Below are positions 33,792-43,317 of a stretch of DNA of 64,000 nucleotides, piece after piece. The DNA is taken from NCBI GenBank assembly GCA_012735435.1, contig JAAYHH010000011.1, positions 14,141 to 78,140 of the forward strand, in the 5' to 3' direction. The notes under the pieces are model-generated. The model was not told where the DNA came from, searched no databases, and worked only from the letters and a program-made list of their open reading frames with translations. The stretch comes from Bacillota bacterium (GTDB lineage Bacteria; Bacillota; Limnochordia; DTU087). A program made the position numbers and the translations under genes. Position 1 is the stretch's first letter, and each line of letters starts with the position of its first letter.

Positions 33792-34238
33792 CTAAGAATG
33801 CACTCGGGCCTGAGTCGGTGACTTGATCATGAACAAAGAGGTTCCTCTACCCGGCTCTGAATCGATCTCCAGCTTGTCCATGTATTCCCGTACAAAGACA
33901 AGACCCAGCCCCATTCGTTCTTCCGGTTCTGTGGTAAAAGCTGGTTCCAAGGCCTGTTCTACATCGGCTATACCGCGCCCCTCGTCCTTCACCGTTATTT
34001 CCAATCGATCATTGGTCAGCCGGCAGGTAACGGTGATCTCGCCCTCCGTGCCCTTATAGCCGTGGATCACCGCATTGGATACCGCTTCCGATACTGCAAT
34101 CTTGATCTCATCAAGTTCATCGAGGGTAAACTCCAGCTGTGATGCGAAGAGAGCAACAGCGGTTCGGGCAAAACCTATGTTGGCCGCCTTGCTGGGAAAC
34201 CGCATTACCACCTTGTTTTCGACAGTTTCCATCATCAT
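33792..34238 (-). CDS. spoIIAB: anti-sigma F factor / Ser kinase SpoIIAB
   Basis: GHKL kinase N-box EAVSNAVIHGY, G-boxes DEGRGI and GLGLVF. About 146 aa. Confidence 0.9.
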   Translation of the reverse strand: MMMETVENKVVMRFPSKAANIGFARTAVALFASQLEFTLDELDEIKIAVSEAVSNAVIHGYKGTEGEITVTCRLTNDRLEITVKDEGRGIADVEQALEPAFTTEPEERMGLGLVFVREYMDKLEIDSEPGRGTSLFMIKSPTQARVHS

Positions 34239-34597
34239 CTTCCCCCAATCTGAGCCAGTGCTTGTTCTTCAGTATCGGCAAACTGCATAATCCGTTCCAT
34301 GCCGGCCATTCTCAGCACCCGCCGTACTGGATCCACAGCCTTAAGGGCTACCACTTTCCCTGCCCGGGCTTGAATCTGTTTGTACCGCCCCAAGAGAACT
34401 CCGAGACCTGAACTGTCGATAAAGTCAACATTCTCCAGATCCCAAATCAAGTGATGAACCTTGGAATTCTCCGCCAAGGCCGCGTCCACCCGTTCCTTGA
34501 CCTCAGCAGCCGTAGCTAGGTCCAGCTCGCCTCCTAAAGATACAATCAATGCCCTTCCCTTCCGCCTAATCTCTATATCCACCCTCTGCCCCTCCAA
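34235..34597 (-). CDS. spoIIAA: anti-anti-sigma factor SpoIIAA (STAS)
   Basis: STAS domain with the phosphorylatable Ser context VDFIDSSGLGVLLG. It overlaps spoIIAB by 4 nt. Confidence 0.9.
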   Translation of the reverse strand: MEGQRVDIEIRRKGRALIVSLGGELDLATAAEVKERVDAALAENSKVHHLIWDLENVDFIDSSGLGVLLGRYKQIQARAGKVVALKAVDPVRRVLRMAGMERIMQFADTEEQALAQIGGR

Positions 34598-34649
34598 AAA
34601 TTAATGCAACCAAAGCAACTGCAATAAAAGTTAGGTGTCCGTTAAATGT

Positions 34650-34676
34650 ATTTTCACGCACATCTGATAAATTCCT
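34650..34676 (-). promoter_or_regulatory. weak candidate sigma-H promoter for spoIIAA-AB-sigF
   Basis: Minus strand GCAGGAATTT, then 13 nt, then GAAAAT. This resembles the RNAGGAWWW / GAAT pair, but the -10 is imperfect. Confidence 0.3.
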
Positions 34677-34721
34677 GCTAGACAGCTAAACCGTTGCTGC
34701 AAGTCGCAGCAAGCAGTCCAG

Positions 34722-34756
34722 CCAAAAGCAGAAAGAGGAGCCTCTAAGCTCCTCTT
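34722..34756 (-). terminator. terminator after dacF
   Basis: Minus sense AAGAGGAGC-UUAGAG-GCUCCUCUU followed by UCUGCUUUUGG. Confidence 0.6.
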
Positions 34757-34825
34757 TGCACTTAACTGCCTTATGGGCACTATTAGTTGCAGTAATTATG
34801 CCCTGTCAAGGACCTTGGTCCCAGG

Positions 34826-36091
34826 TTATCGATTAGGCGATTGGCCCGGCACGATGCTTTGCAGCAGCCGTTTGGACATTCTAAGCAGCATTTGAACTAT
34901 ATTGGCCCTTTCCACATCACTGTCAGCCACTATTTCCACTCTGGCAATCTCCATGCCGCTGCGTTTTACCACCAGCTCACCTAAAACTTCGCCTTTCCGT
35001 AAAGGCGCAACCAACTCTTTTTTCCAATCAATTTCCCGGGTCAATTCTCCTTGACTGCCCCTGGGCACGCCCACGGTAAGTTCTTCTACAGTACTGACAG
35101 ACACCTTTTCTTCTTTACCCCATGAAACCACCGCCTCCCCCAGGGGTTCCCCCGGCCGGGCAATAGTTACCGGCTCATAGGTGCGAAAACCGTAGTCCAG
35201 CAAGGTCACAGTGTCCTTTCTGCGAGCCTCCTTGGTAGGAGCACCAAGGACCACTGAAATCAGCCGCATGCCGTCTCGCTCTGCTGTGGCCGCTAAACAG
35301 AAACCCGCTTCTGATGTCATGCCGGTCTTAATGCCGTCTAAGCCCGGATACCCGTAGCGTCTACCGGACTGCAGAACCCGGTCAAGGAGCTCATTGAGGG
35401 TATATAGGTGGGGTTTGCCCGTGGTGTCGGGACGCATGGTATATTCATGGGTCGACACCAGCTCAATCAGGTGGGGAACCCGTACGGCATGGCGGGATAG
35501 CAGTGCCAAATCATAGGCAGAGGAGTGGTGCTCTGCATCCAAGCCCAGGGTCCTGGGGGGCAGTCCGCTGGCATTGCTGAAAACTGTATTCTTCATCCCC
35601 AGCTCCTGTGCCCTGCGGTTCATCTCGGCTGCAAAATTTGCTTCAGAGCCTGACAAATACTCCGCTACAGCGACAGCGGCGTCATTTGCAGAACCCACTG
35701 CAATGGCGTAGAGCATGTCTTTCATCGTCATTTGCTCTCCGACTTCCAGCCAAATCTGGGAGCCTCCCATATTGGCAGCATATTCACTGGTGGTAACTAT
35801 ATCATCGAAAGAGGCCTTGCCAGCTTCTATCGCCTCTAGTGCCAGCACTAAGGTCATTATCTTGGTGATACTTGCCATGGGAAGAGGAAGATGCATGTCT
35901 TTTTCGTATATCACCTCGCCTGATCTGGCCTCCATAAGGACAGCTGCCTTTGCCGAGATGTCGAGTTCTTGGCCCCGGACTGGCACGACACCAAGGGTGC
36001 TAAGGCAGAGTGCAGTCAGCAAGATGATAGCGGCGGTTCTCTTCTGGACAAATGGCAATTGAATCCCTCCTCTGCCATATCTCTTCTGCAT
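34826..36091 (-). CDS. dacF: D-alanyl-D-alanine carboxypeptidase (S11), DacF-like by position
   Basis: SxxK is ASITK, SxN is SNASG, and KTG is IKTGMT. It has a signal peptide and lies directly upstream of spoIIAA, as in Bacillus. Confidence 0.8.
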   Translation of the reverse strand: MQKRYGRGGIQLPFVQKRTAAIILLTALCLSTLGVVPVRGQELDISAKAAVLMEARSGEVIYEKDMHLPLPMASITKIMTLVLALEAIEAGKASFDDIVTTSEYAANMGGSQIWLEVGEQMTMKDMLYAIAVGSANDAAVAVAEYLSGSEANFAAEMNRRAQELGMKNTVFSNASGLPPRTLGLDAEHHSSAYDLALLSRHAVRVPHLIELVSTHEYTMRPDTTGKPHLYTLNELLDRVLQSGRRYGYPGLDGIKTGMTSEAGFCLAATAERDGMRLISVVLGAPTKEARRKDTVTLLDYGFRTYEPVTIARPGEPLGEAVVSWGKEEKVSVSTVEELTVGVPRGSQGELTREIDWKKELVAPLRKGEVLGELVVKRSGMEIARVEIVADSDVERANIVQMLLRMSKRLLQSIVPGQSPNR

Positions 36092-36151
36092 TCTTTCTTC
36101 TGCTGCTACATTTTATAAGCTATGTCTTGGCGGCTGTGGTTATGCCGGGAC

Positions 36152-37468
36152 TTACCTGGAAACACGAGCCAAGATCAGAGAAAGGGGCTTAGTCGGGAGA
36201 TCCCCTATCTCAATGGAAGCCTCTACCTTTCCAACAGCAGTTTCAACTACTTCAGGGGTAGGTCCATAGACCTTTGCTATCACCTGTCCTGCTTCGATTT
36301 TATCGCCTACCTTCACCATTATTTCTAAACCTGCACTTAGGTGAATGTCGTCCTCTATCCGCTGCCTGCCAGCACCCAGCTCCATGGCAATTAAGCCGAT
36401 CTTCTTGGTGTGTATGCGGGTGACATAACCAGATTTCGGCGCAACAGCATCTGAACATACCGGTGCCTGAGGCAGAAGTCCAGGCTCTTCGATAATCGTG
36501 GGATCACCGCCCTGCGCTGCAATCATTGCCCGGAATTTTTCTATCGGCAGACCCTTCTCCATGACCTCCACCAGCAGGTGCCGGCCTTCTTCGGGGGTGT
36601 TTGCTTTCTCTGCCTGAACCAACATCTCGGCTCCCAAGGCCAAGCAGAGTTCAGTCAAATCCTCAGGACCCGCTCCCTGGAGGGTAGCGATGGCTTCCCG
36701 GACCTCCAGGGCATTGCCGACGGCATAACCCAAGGGCTGATCCATATTGGTGACTAAGGCTGTAGTGCGGCGTCCGGTCTTGGCTCCGATATCCACCATG
36801 GTCTCTGCCAAGAGCTTCGCCCTAGATAGCTCCTCCATGAAGGCTCCGCTGCCTGCTTTCACATCTAAGACGATGCGGCTTGCTCCAGCGGCTATCTTCT
36901 TGCTCATAATGGAGCTGGCAATCAAGGGGATGGAATCTACCGTGGCGGTTACATCCCGGAGAGCATACAGCTTCTTATCAGCCGGCACTAGATTGCCGGT
37001 CTGCCCCACAACGGCAAGTCCAGCTTCTTCAACAGCTCGAATAAACTCCGTTCTGGTCAAATCGAAGCGAAATCCCGGGATGGAACTCAGCTTGTCCAGG
37101 GTGCCGCCGGTATGTCCCAACCCGCGCCCCGACATCTTGGCTATTTTGACTCCGGCTGCCGCAACCCACGGAAGCAGTACTAAGGTGGTCTTATCCCCTA
37201 CTCCCCCGGTGGAGTGCTTGTCTACCAGTTCGTCTCCAAACTCCGGCCACGTCAGTAATTCTCCGGAGTCGACCATGGCCATGGTAAGTTCTGCAGTGGC
37301 TTCTGCGCTCAGTCCCTTGAAGTAAACAGCCATACACCAGGCCGCCATCTGGTAATCTGGTATGCGGCCCTCTGTATATCCATCGATCAGGAATCGAATT
37401 TCCTCCCGGGAAAGCCCAAGGCCGTCCCGGGTCTTGGTAATGATATCATACACCCTCACGGCATTCAC
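36152..37468 (-). CDS. pdp: pyrimidine-nucleoside phosphorylase
   Basis: DKHSTGGVGDKTTL and SGRGLGHTGGTLDKL motifs. About 435 aa. Confidence 0.9.
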   Translation of the reverse strand: MNAVRVYDIITKTRDGLGLSREEIRFLIDGYTEGRIPDYQMAAWCMAVYFKGLSAEATAELTMAMVDSGELLTWPEFGDELVDKHSTGGVGDKTTLVLLPWVAAAGVKIAKMSGRGLGHTGGTLDKLSSIPGFRFDLTRTEFIRAVEEAGLAVVGQTGNLVPADKKLYALRDVTATVDSIPLIASSIMSKKIAAGASRIVLDVKAGSGAFMEELSRAKLLAETMVDIGAKTGRRTTALVTNMDQPLGYAVGNALEVREAIATLQGAGPEDLTELCLALGAEMLVQAEKANTPEEGRHLLVEVMEKGLPIEKFRAMIAAQGGDPTIIEEPGLLPQAPVCSDAVAPKSGYVTRIHTKKIGLIAMELGAGRQRIEDDIHLSAGLEIMVKVGDKIEAGQVIAKVYGPTPEVVETAVGKVEASIEIGDLPTKPLSLILARVSR

Positions 37469-37477
37469 CCTTCCCCT

Positions 37478-38674
37478 TTACTCTAGCCTGGCGGCCAAGA
37501 GATTCCAAAAACTGGTGCCTGGTCCCTCCCAAGAAAGGCCGAAGAATTCGGTGATGGATGCACCTACATCGGCAAAGGTCTGCCGGACTCCAACGGGAAT
37601 ACATCCGGTGAGGCGTTTACTGGTCACCAACAAAGGCACATACTCCCGGGAATGATCTGTACTCTCTGTTGTTGGATCGCAGCCGTGATCCGCGGTAATT
37701 ATGAGAAGATCACTGGGAGCCAGCTTTTCCAAAATAGGTTCCAGCTTGGAATCCAGCTCCTCAAGGCCCCTGGCGTAGCCTTCTGCATCGTTCCTATGTC
37801 CCCACAGTGTGTCAAAATCAACAAAGTTGGCAAAGATGAGGCCCTCATCCCGCAGCTCATCCATGGCCTCAAGCACTGCTTCCTGAACCTCATTGTTGTT
37901 GTGGGCCGGAAAAGCCTTGGTAATACCTCTGCCTGCGAAAATATCGGGAATCTTGCCGATGCCGTAAACAGCATAGCCGGCCTCCTTCAGGCGATCCAGT
38001 ACGGTGGGTCTTACCGGAGGCAAGCTGAAATCCCGGCGGCGATCGGTCCTTTGAAAGGCACCGGGTTCCCCGATAAAGGGCCTGGCTATGACCCGACCAA
38101 CTCCATGCTCACCCTGCAGCAGTCCTCTGGCTATTTCACAGAGCTCATACAGCCTGTCCAAGCTGATGACCTCCTCGTGGGCTGCAATTTGGAACACGCT
38201 GTCTGCCGAAGTGTAGACTATGGGGAAGCCTGTTGCCATATGCTGTTTCCCCAGCTCTTTAATAATTTCAGTGCCGGATGCCGGCTTGTTCCCTAGAACC
38301 CTTGTGCCGATCAGCTCTTCAAAGGCGCTGATTATTTCCTCGGGAAACCCATTGGGATAGACCGGGAAGGGCCTGTCTAGAATAACTCCCATTATCTCCC
38401 AATGACCGGTGGTTGTATCCTTGCCGGGAGACTTTTCTGCCATTTTGCCCCACGCTGCCTTGCAGGCTTTGTTGGGATTAACCCCTGTGATGGGCACGAT
38501 GTTGCCCAGTCCCAATTTCTCCAGGTTAGGCAGATGAAGCCCTCCCACTGCCTCAGCCACATTGGGCAAAGTAGCACTTCCTTCATCGCCGTATTCTGCG
38601 GCATCCGGCAGCTCGCCAACTCCTACGCTGTCTAAAATCAAGACTATGATTCTGCGCTTGTCCATACTGTCCAC
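37478..38674 (-). CDS. deoB: phosphopentomutase
   Basis: [13 protein letters not shown] metal site, [10 protein letters not shown] and [10 protein letters not shown]. Confidence 0.9.
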   Translation of the reverse strand: MDSMDKRRIIVLILDSVGVGELPDAAEYGDEGSATLPNVAEAVGGLHLPNLEKLGLGNIVPITGVNPNKACKAAWGKMAEKSPGKDTTTGHWEIMGVILDRPFPVYPNGFPEEIISAFEELIGTRVLGNKPASGTEIIKELGKQHMATGFPIVYTSADSVFQIAAHEEVISLDRLYELCEIARGLLQGEHGVGRVIARPFIGEPGAFQRTDRRRDFSLPPVRPTVLDRLKEAGYAVYGIGKIPDIFAGRGITKAFPAHNNNEVQEAVLEAMDELRDEGLIFANFVDFDTLWGHRNDAEGYARGLEELDSKLEPILEKLAPSDLLIITADHGCDPTTESTDHSREYVPLLVTSKRLTGCIPVGVRQTFADVGASITEFFGLSWEGPGTSFWNLLAARLE

Positions 38675-38891
38675 CCCTGGTCCCAGAATCCCTAGGGGCT
38701 GGTGTCCTCCTCTCTATCAACGTCTAGACACCGTTCTTCCAGCAGTACCCCTTTTGATTAATTATAGCCCCAAGGTTAGAGTCCCTTGCAGTGAATGAAG
38801 GCATCTGACTGCTTGCCATCATACCATTGACACTTCTGTAAACACTTCTAGGCCGCCGGCTGGTTACCTGCTCCAGGACCGCCCTGGATTT

Positions 38892-39146
38892 TTACCACCA
38901 AGCCGCAAAGAAAGAAGCCGCAAGTGATACCTGCGGCTTATCCAGGAGTCTGCAGCTTGAAGGCAAGAACTCCTCCGGCAAGATGGGCGGTTCGGTCTCT
39001 TCCTTGTCAACTCTGGGCCAACCGCTGATTAGCCAAAGGGCGAGGATGATAATCACCAAAATGATCAGCGGTTTGGCAACTGCCCTTAGGCGCCGGCCTA
39101 ATCCCCGCAAGGAGATCACCCAAATCACCGCTATCCCCCATTTCAC
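38892..39146 (-). CDS. small membrane protein, hypothetical
   Basis: An 84-aa ORF with two hydrophobic spans. I recognise no family. Confidence 0.4.
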   Translation of the reverse strand: MKWGIAVIWVISLRGLGRRLRAVAKPLIILVIIILALWLISGWPRVDKEETEPPILPEEFLPSSCRLLDKPQVSLAASFFAAWW

Positions 39147-39182
39147 CCAAAAATCTTGGAGAACTACTGCCGGAGCGGTTGA

Positions 39183-39818
39183 CTAAAGGTAACGGGATGC
39201 CGTTTCAATAAGTGTCGGTGTGACGAAGGTCTCCACCAGGGTCGCTGCGCCCATTAATCCACATGCTCCAATTGTCAGCAGGGTGGTTCGGAAAAATTGC
39301 TGGTACATGTTGATGTCCCGGCGTCCCATAAGGGTTCGCAAAGCAGACCAGGAAAAACTCAAGGATGCACCGCCGGCCAAGATGATGGCCGGGACCACCA
39401 GGAGATTATGTGGAACCACCGATACAACTGCCAAGGCAATGCCTTTGAAGACCATTTCCTCCACCATGAAACCTACGGTAAATCCCAAAACAAAGCCCCG
39501 CAGGAAGAGTAGGGCCAGAACGAAGGGTGCTCCCAATACCGATAAGCCCAAAAGCCATATCAGCCCTACAGTCTTGGTAACGTTTTGAACAAAGGTCTGG
39601 CGGACAGCGGTGGGTGAGCCGGCGGCTTCAGTTTCGGGAAAGGCTTCAAAGAAGGTCTGAATATAGCCTGCCAGATCATTTCGCTGTTCGGCACTTAGGG
39701 CTTTGACGGCAAAGGCGCCGCTGATGGTACCCATGATAAATACTACAAGAACAAACATATATGCGGCAGTGCGGCGGCGAAAATAGCCTTGGAAAGCTCC
39801 CCGTACTTGTCTGGCCAT
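39183..39818 (-). CDS. spoIIM: stage II sporulation protein M
   Basis: Five-TM protein of ~210 aa with the SpoIIM-like pattern (NDLAGYIQTFF...VPHNLLVVPAIILAG). Start is ATG 39818 after AGAGGAGG plus 7 nt. Confidence 0.7.
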   Translation of the reverse strand: MARQVRGAFQGYFRRRTAAYMFVLVVFIMGTISGAFAVKALSAEQRNDLAGYIQTFFEAFPETEAAGSPTAVRQTFVQNVTKTVGLIWLLGLSVLGAPFVLALLFLRGFVLGFTVGFMVEEMVFKGIALAVVSVVPHNLLVVPAIILAGGASLSFSWSALRTLMGRRDINMYQQFFRTTLLTIGACGLMGAATLVETFVTPTLIETASRYL

Positions 39819-39903
39819 GGCAGTGCCTCCTCTTTGCCCCGACTGCAATTCCCTTCTTGTCACACCATCCTTATGCGTTTTTTGGGCGCTTTATGCTAGG
39901 GAG

Positions 39904-40503
39904 TTACAGCAGGTGGGAAACATCATTGACGCTGACCAATTCAAGATCCTCAAGATTAGTGCCTTGGACAATGCTGATGCCGCCGTTGTCCAAAATGTGC
40001 TGGGGGTGACTCTGACCTTCAATCCACGCCAAGAGCGCCCGCAGAAGCCCGCCGTGGGATACTACGATTCCCGTCTGCCCTGGATATTGGGTCAGTACCC
40101 AATCCAAGGCCTTGATGCTCCTTTCCCTCAATTCTGCCAAGGTTTCACCGCCGCCGGGGGCGGCCGACATGGGGTCTTCCCTGGTCTTCTGCCATTCTTC
40201 AGGATACAGCTCCTGAATCTCAGCTCTGGTCAGGCCCTCCCAGCGCCCGTAATTCCGCTCCCGCCAGAGGAGACAGCTGATTACCGGAAGCGCCAGTTTA
40301 CGCCCTATGGGGGCTGCTGTGTCCAGGGCCCGGGTCAGATCACTGCTGATTATGAAACTGGCCTTTACCTCAGCTAGATGCTCCGCCGTCCGCTCCGCTT
40401 GCTCGCGGCCTTTATCGGTCAGGGGGATGTCTGTCTGCCCTTGGTATCGCTTTGCTTGGTTCCACTCAGTCTCGCCATGCCTGACGAGATAGATCGTAGT
40501 CAT
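39904..40503 (-). CDS. histidine phosphatase family protein (phosphoglycerate mutase / alpha-ribazole phosphatase-like)
   Basis: IYLVRHGETEWN catalytic RHG motif and SHGG near the C-terminus. Confidence 0.8.
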   Translation of the reverse strand: MTTIYLVRHGETEWNQAKRYQGQTDIPLTDKGREQAERTAEHLAEVKASFIISSDLTRALDTAAPIGRKLALPVISCLLWRERNYGRWEGLTRAEIQELYPEEWQKTREDPMSAAPGGGETLAELRERSIKALDWVLTQYPGQTGIVVSHGGLLRALLAWIEGQSHPQHILDNGGISIVQGTNLEDLELVSVNDVSHLL

Positions 40504-40518
40504 TTCATCGACTCTCCT

Positions 40519-41697
40519 TCAGCATTCCTGGTGGTTCTTGACGCGGCCGTAACGCCCACCCCCGCCCTCGGCTAGAGCAAGACGCCCTTCCCTGGCAGCA
40601 GCGATGTTTTCAGCCACCTTGGTTCCAACCACATCCTCCAGCTCCCCAAGGGATGTTCCGTGGAGTATCTCCATCTCGGTGCCGAAGGCCTCCAGAAGCT
40701 TATTTAGGGTTTTCTTGCCGACACCGGGAATGAACTCCAAGGGAACTTGGTGAATATAAGGAGGACGGTTTGGGGGATGTACGGGTTCATTTTCATCGGC
40801 GATGGCGGTGATGCGATCCAGCACCCCTACAACGACCTTATCGCTGTCACACCTGCTGCATTGATAAACCGGGGGAGCACCCTCAACTACCCTTTCACAC
40901 TTAAGGCAAAAGGTCCGGTGATACTTGCCCAAGCGTGGCTCTAGACCGTAATTGGCCAGAATTATGTTTTCCGGGTCACCAGCAAGTGCTTTGCAAAAAT
41001 GGGCAAAGTCAGGTTTTATCAGCTTTAGCTTGTTGTATTCCCGGGCAATTTTGGGAAGGGAATGGGCATCTGAATTGCTCAAAAACCGTACATTGGATAA
41101 TTCATGGATTCTATCAGCCAAGTAGGTATCGGAACTTAACCCCAGCTCCAAGGCAGTAAAGTCTACGCCAATTTCAGCTAAGCGCCTTACGCAGTTGCCG
41201 TAAACGCTCTTGAAGGGGGTGAAGGCATGGGCCGGCAAGAAAATCCCTGAAAGTTCACGTACTACGAACTCATTGACTTCCTGAATCTCGAGACTAGCCC
41301 GCTGAGAGCTCAGGGAAATATTGGTAATAGCCCCAGATAAGAATTGGCTTAGCTCCTCCATGGTCTTCAAGGAAGGGGTAAAGGCGAGGAAATGGGCACT
41401 TCCTCCTTGAGGTCCCCCGAGCTCAATCTCTGCCCCTAGAAGCAGGGTGACCTTCCCCAGATAATCCAAGCCTCCACCTGGAAGAGCTGTCAAGTCGCCT
41501 CTATCAACCAATGCCCGAAGGTCAGCCAATACAGCTGGAGAAGCGCAGTCGACGATGCCGGCGATTTGTATTCCTTTGCGTTCTGAGCATTCCTTTAGTA
41601 TTCCTTCTACAGTTAAGGCGGGTGAGGCAGTAATTTTCACCGGAGCTCCGCACCCGGCCCGGCCGATATGGATGTGCAAGTCAGCAAAAAAGATCAA
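40519..41697 (-). CDS. PHP-domain nuclease of the endonuclease Q-like (TIGR00375-type) family
   Basis: N-terminal ADLHIHIGR metal site, Zn-ribbon CLKC...CSRC, and C-terminal helix-hairpin-helix IPGVGKKTLNKLLEAFG. TTG 41697 is chosen after AGGAGG plus 8 nt; the track ORF starts at 41805. Confidence 0.65.
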   Translation of the reverse strand: MIFFADLHIHIGRAGCGAPVKITASPALTVEGILKECSERKGIQIAGIVDCASPAVLADLRALVDRGDLTALPGGGLDYLGKVTLLLGAEIELGGPQGGSAHFLAFTPSLKTMEELSQFLSGAITNISLSSQRASLEIQEVNEFVVRELSGIFLPAHAFTPFKSVYGNCVRRLAEIGVDFTALELGLSSDTYLADRIHELSNVRFLSNSDAHSLPKIAREYNKLKLIKPDFAHFCKALAGDPENIILANYGLEPRLGKYHRTFCLKCERVVEGAPPVYQCSRCDSDKVVVGVLDRITAIADENEPVHPPNRPPYIHQVPLEFIPGVGKKTLNKLLEAFGTEMEILHGTSLGELEDVVGTKVAENIAAAREGRLALAEGGGGRYGRVKNHQEC

Positions 41698-41775
41698 TAA
41701 AAATACCTCCTGGTTCCAAGACAAGGCTGCAGTTGGACGAAGCCTTTGTGCTCCTTCAATTGCTACATCCACTGC

Positions 41776-41805
41776 AAAATACCAAAAAGGCGCCATACCT
41801 GTCAA
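41776..41805 (-). promoter_or_regulatory. candidate sigma-A promoter for the EndoQ-like gene
   Basis: Minus strand TTGACA (41805-41800), 18 nt spacer, TGgTATTTT (-10 at 41781-41776). Confidence 0.4.
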
Positions 41806-41869
41806 GGCAGTGTTTAGCAGAAACCTGCCGCAACAGGATGACGCTGGTTCTCCTGTGCTGATTCGATCA

Positions 41870-42982
41870 TCACTTATTTTTGTCTAATAGCCACCGGGCT
41901 GCCAGCCACCCCGCGGCCCCGCCGGCCCGGAAAAAGGCTGGGTCATCTGACGGCCTCCTTCCCATGGAGGTGACCTCCACCTGGTATTCTTCAAGGAGCT
42001 CTAGGGTTCGGTCTTCTTGTATCCAGTAGATATGGTGGCGGCGGTCAAGACCTAGCTCCTCTATCTGCTGCTGCAGGTGCATGCCTTCATCGCCTCCTAA
42101 TTGGGGCAAAGGAAGGTGACAGGCAGTATGGCAGAGCCGCATAAGGACAGTGCAGGTGTGGTGGCTTAAACCGTAGTGGCGCGGCCGCTTGTCTGCCAAA
42201 CTAATCCTAGGCACTGCGATTGCCCTTCCCCCTAAAGAATTGACGGCATCTAGAATAGGAGCTGTTTCCAGGGCTGTTGTGCCAAAGAGTGTTCCAGTAC
42301 CCACAACCCCAGGCCCCATGGCGACGACGCAGGCGTCTGCCTTGGCAGCGTGCTTTGCTGCTAGAAGTCCTGAATAGATGTTCACGGCTTCGAGATCACC
42401 GCCAAAGGCATGCCCAACAGTAATGGCCATAGTGATCAGACCTTTTTCTTTAAGGGACGCCGTCAGTTTGCTGAAAGCCAGCGGCAAAGCAGCGCCGTCG
42501 GTCATCAGGTATGCCAAGCGGGTTGGCCCCGGGGCGAAATGGTTAAATACCACAGCTATCGGTGCGATCAGACTGTGGAGGCTTGCTACCATGACCGGCA
42601 TACCGGCCAGGGAGTCAGCTTCTTGGAGTGTTGAGTGATATGGGCTCTTTTCTTCTTCCACTGACAAAGTGGCTAGCTGCAGGGGTGTATACCGAAGTTT
42701 CATGATATGACCGTTTAATTTGGGAGAATGCTTTGCCTTAAGGGGCTCTTTAACGCGCTGTTGGGGAATAGAGCTGATGACAAAGTGTACCCCGCCGGTT
42801 CCCAAATCTAAATCAACCGCGGTGGTGTTAAGCTCCACCAAATCTCCCGGGGAAACATCTCGGCTAAGCTGCCGGTAATTAACGGCGGAGATTAACTCAC
42901 CTTCGATTTCTACTTCCAGTTCTTGAATATGTACAGTGGTTTTATTGACTTTATTCACCTTGCCCCAGGTTCGGTTGAGCAT
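41870..42982 (-). CDS. conserved hypothetical protein (DUF3866-like as I recall the family)
   Basis: A 370-aa ORF with an OB/S1-like N-terminus (VHIQELEVEIEGELISAVNY) and a Gly-rich core (GHAFGG, MGPGVVGTGT). The family assignment is from memory only. Confidence 0.55.
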   Translation of the reverse strand: MLNRTWGKVNKVNKTTVHIQELEVEIEGELISAVNYRQLSRDVSPGDLVELNTTAVDLDLGTGGVHFVISSIPQQRVKEPLKAKHSPKLNGHIMKLRYTPLQLATLSVEEEKSPYHSTLQEADSLAGMPVMVASLHSLIAPIAVVFNHFAPGPTRLAYLMTDGAALPLAFSKLTASLKEKGLITMAITVGHAFGGDLEAVNIYSGLLAAKHAAKADACVVAMGPGVVGTGTLFGTTALETAPILDAVNSLGGRAIAVPRISLADKRPRHYGLSHHTCTVLMRLCHTACHLPLPQLGGDEGMHLQQQIEELGLDRRHHIYWIQEDRTLELLEEYQVEVTSMGRRPSDDPAFFRAGGAAGWLAARWLLDKNK

Positions 42983-43154
42983 AGTTATCCCTCCGAACCG
43001 CCCTAGCGGTAGTGAAAAACATTGCCTTAACTAGAATTGCCGTGAACGGCGGGAAAGATGCGGATAGCACAGCTAGAGCGTGGATATTCTCGAACATCCT
43101 ATGCCAATCTGCGGCAATGGAGAAGGGCATACCCTAGGGCCTGGAAAACTAGCC

Positions 43155-43193
43155 AAAAAAATAAAATTCCGCTGGGTGGGGATCCCCGCGGAA
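43155..43193 (-). terminator. rho-independent terminator of pnp
   Basis: Minus sense UUCCGC-GGGGAUCCCCACCCA-GCGGAA followed by UUUUAUUUUUUU. Confidence 0.7.
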
Positions 43194-43317
43194 ACTTGCA
43201 GTACTATTTTCCAACAGCCTCCTGCCTTATCTAACCGTTACTTACTCGTGTAGGTTCTGCATATCCAGATAACCGGATATGCAGACCTTTCCGCCGATTT
43301 TGCCGGTAATCAGCCGC

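Noticed and set aside
36118-36145. Forespore-type promoter (GCATA-16-CATAGCT) upstream of dacF
   Set aside because: The spacer is one to two nt short of the consensus, and the -10 has two mismatches. It also overlaps the pdp 3' end. This is too weak to list as a feature.
43257-43284. Perfect 10-bp inverted repeat CTGCATATCC-N8-GGATATGCAG just after the pnp stop
   Set aside because: It has no U-tract, and a canonical terminator follows ~65 nt later. It is most simply a 3'-UTR stabilising hairpin. It occurs only once in the window, so it is not a dispersed repeat element.
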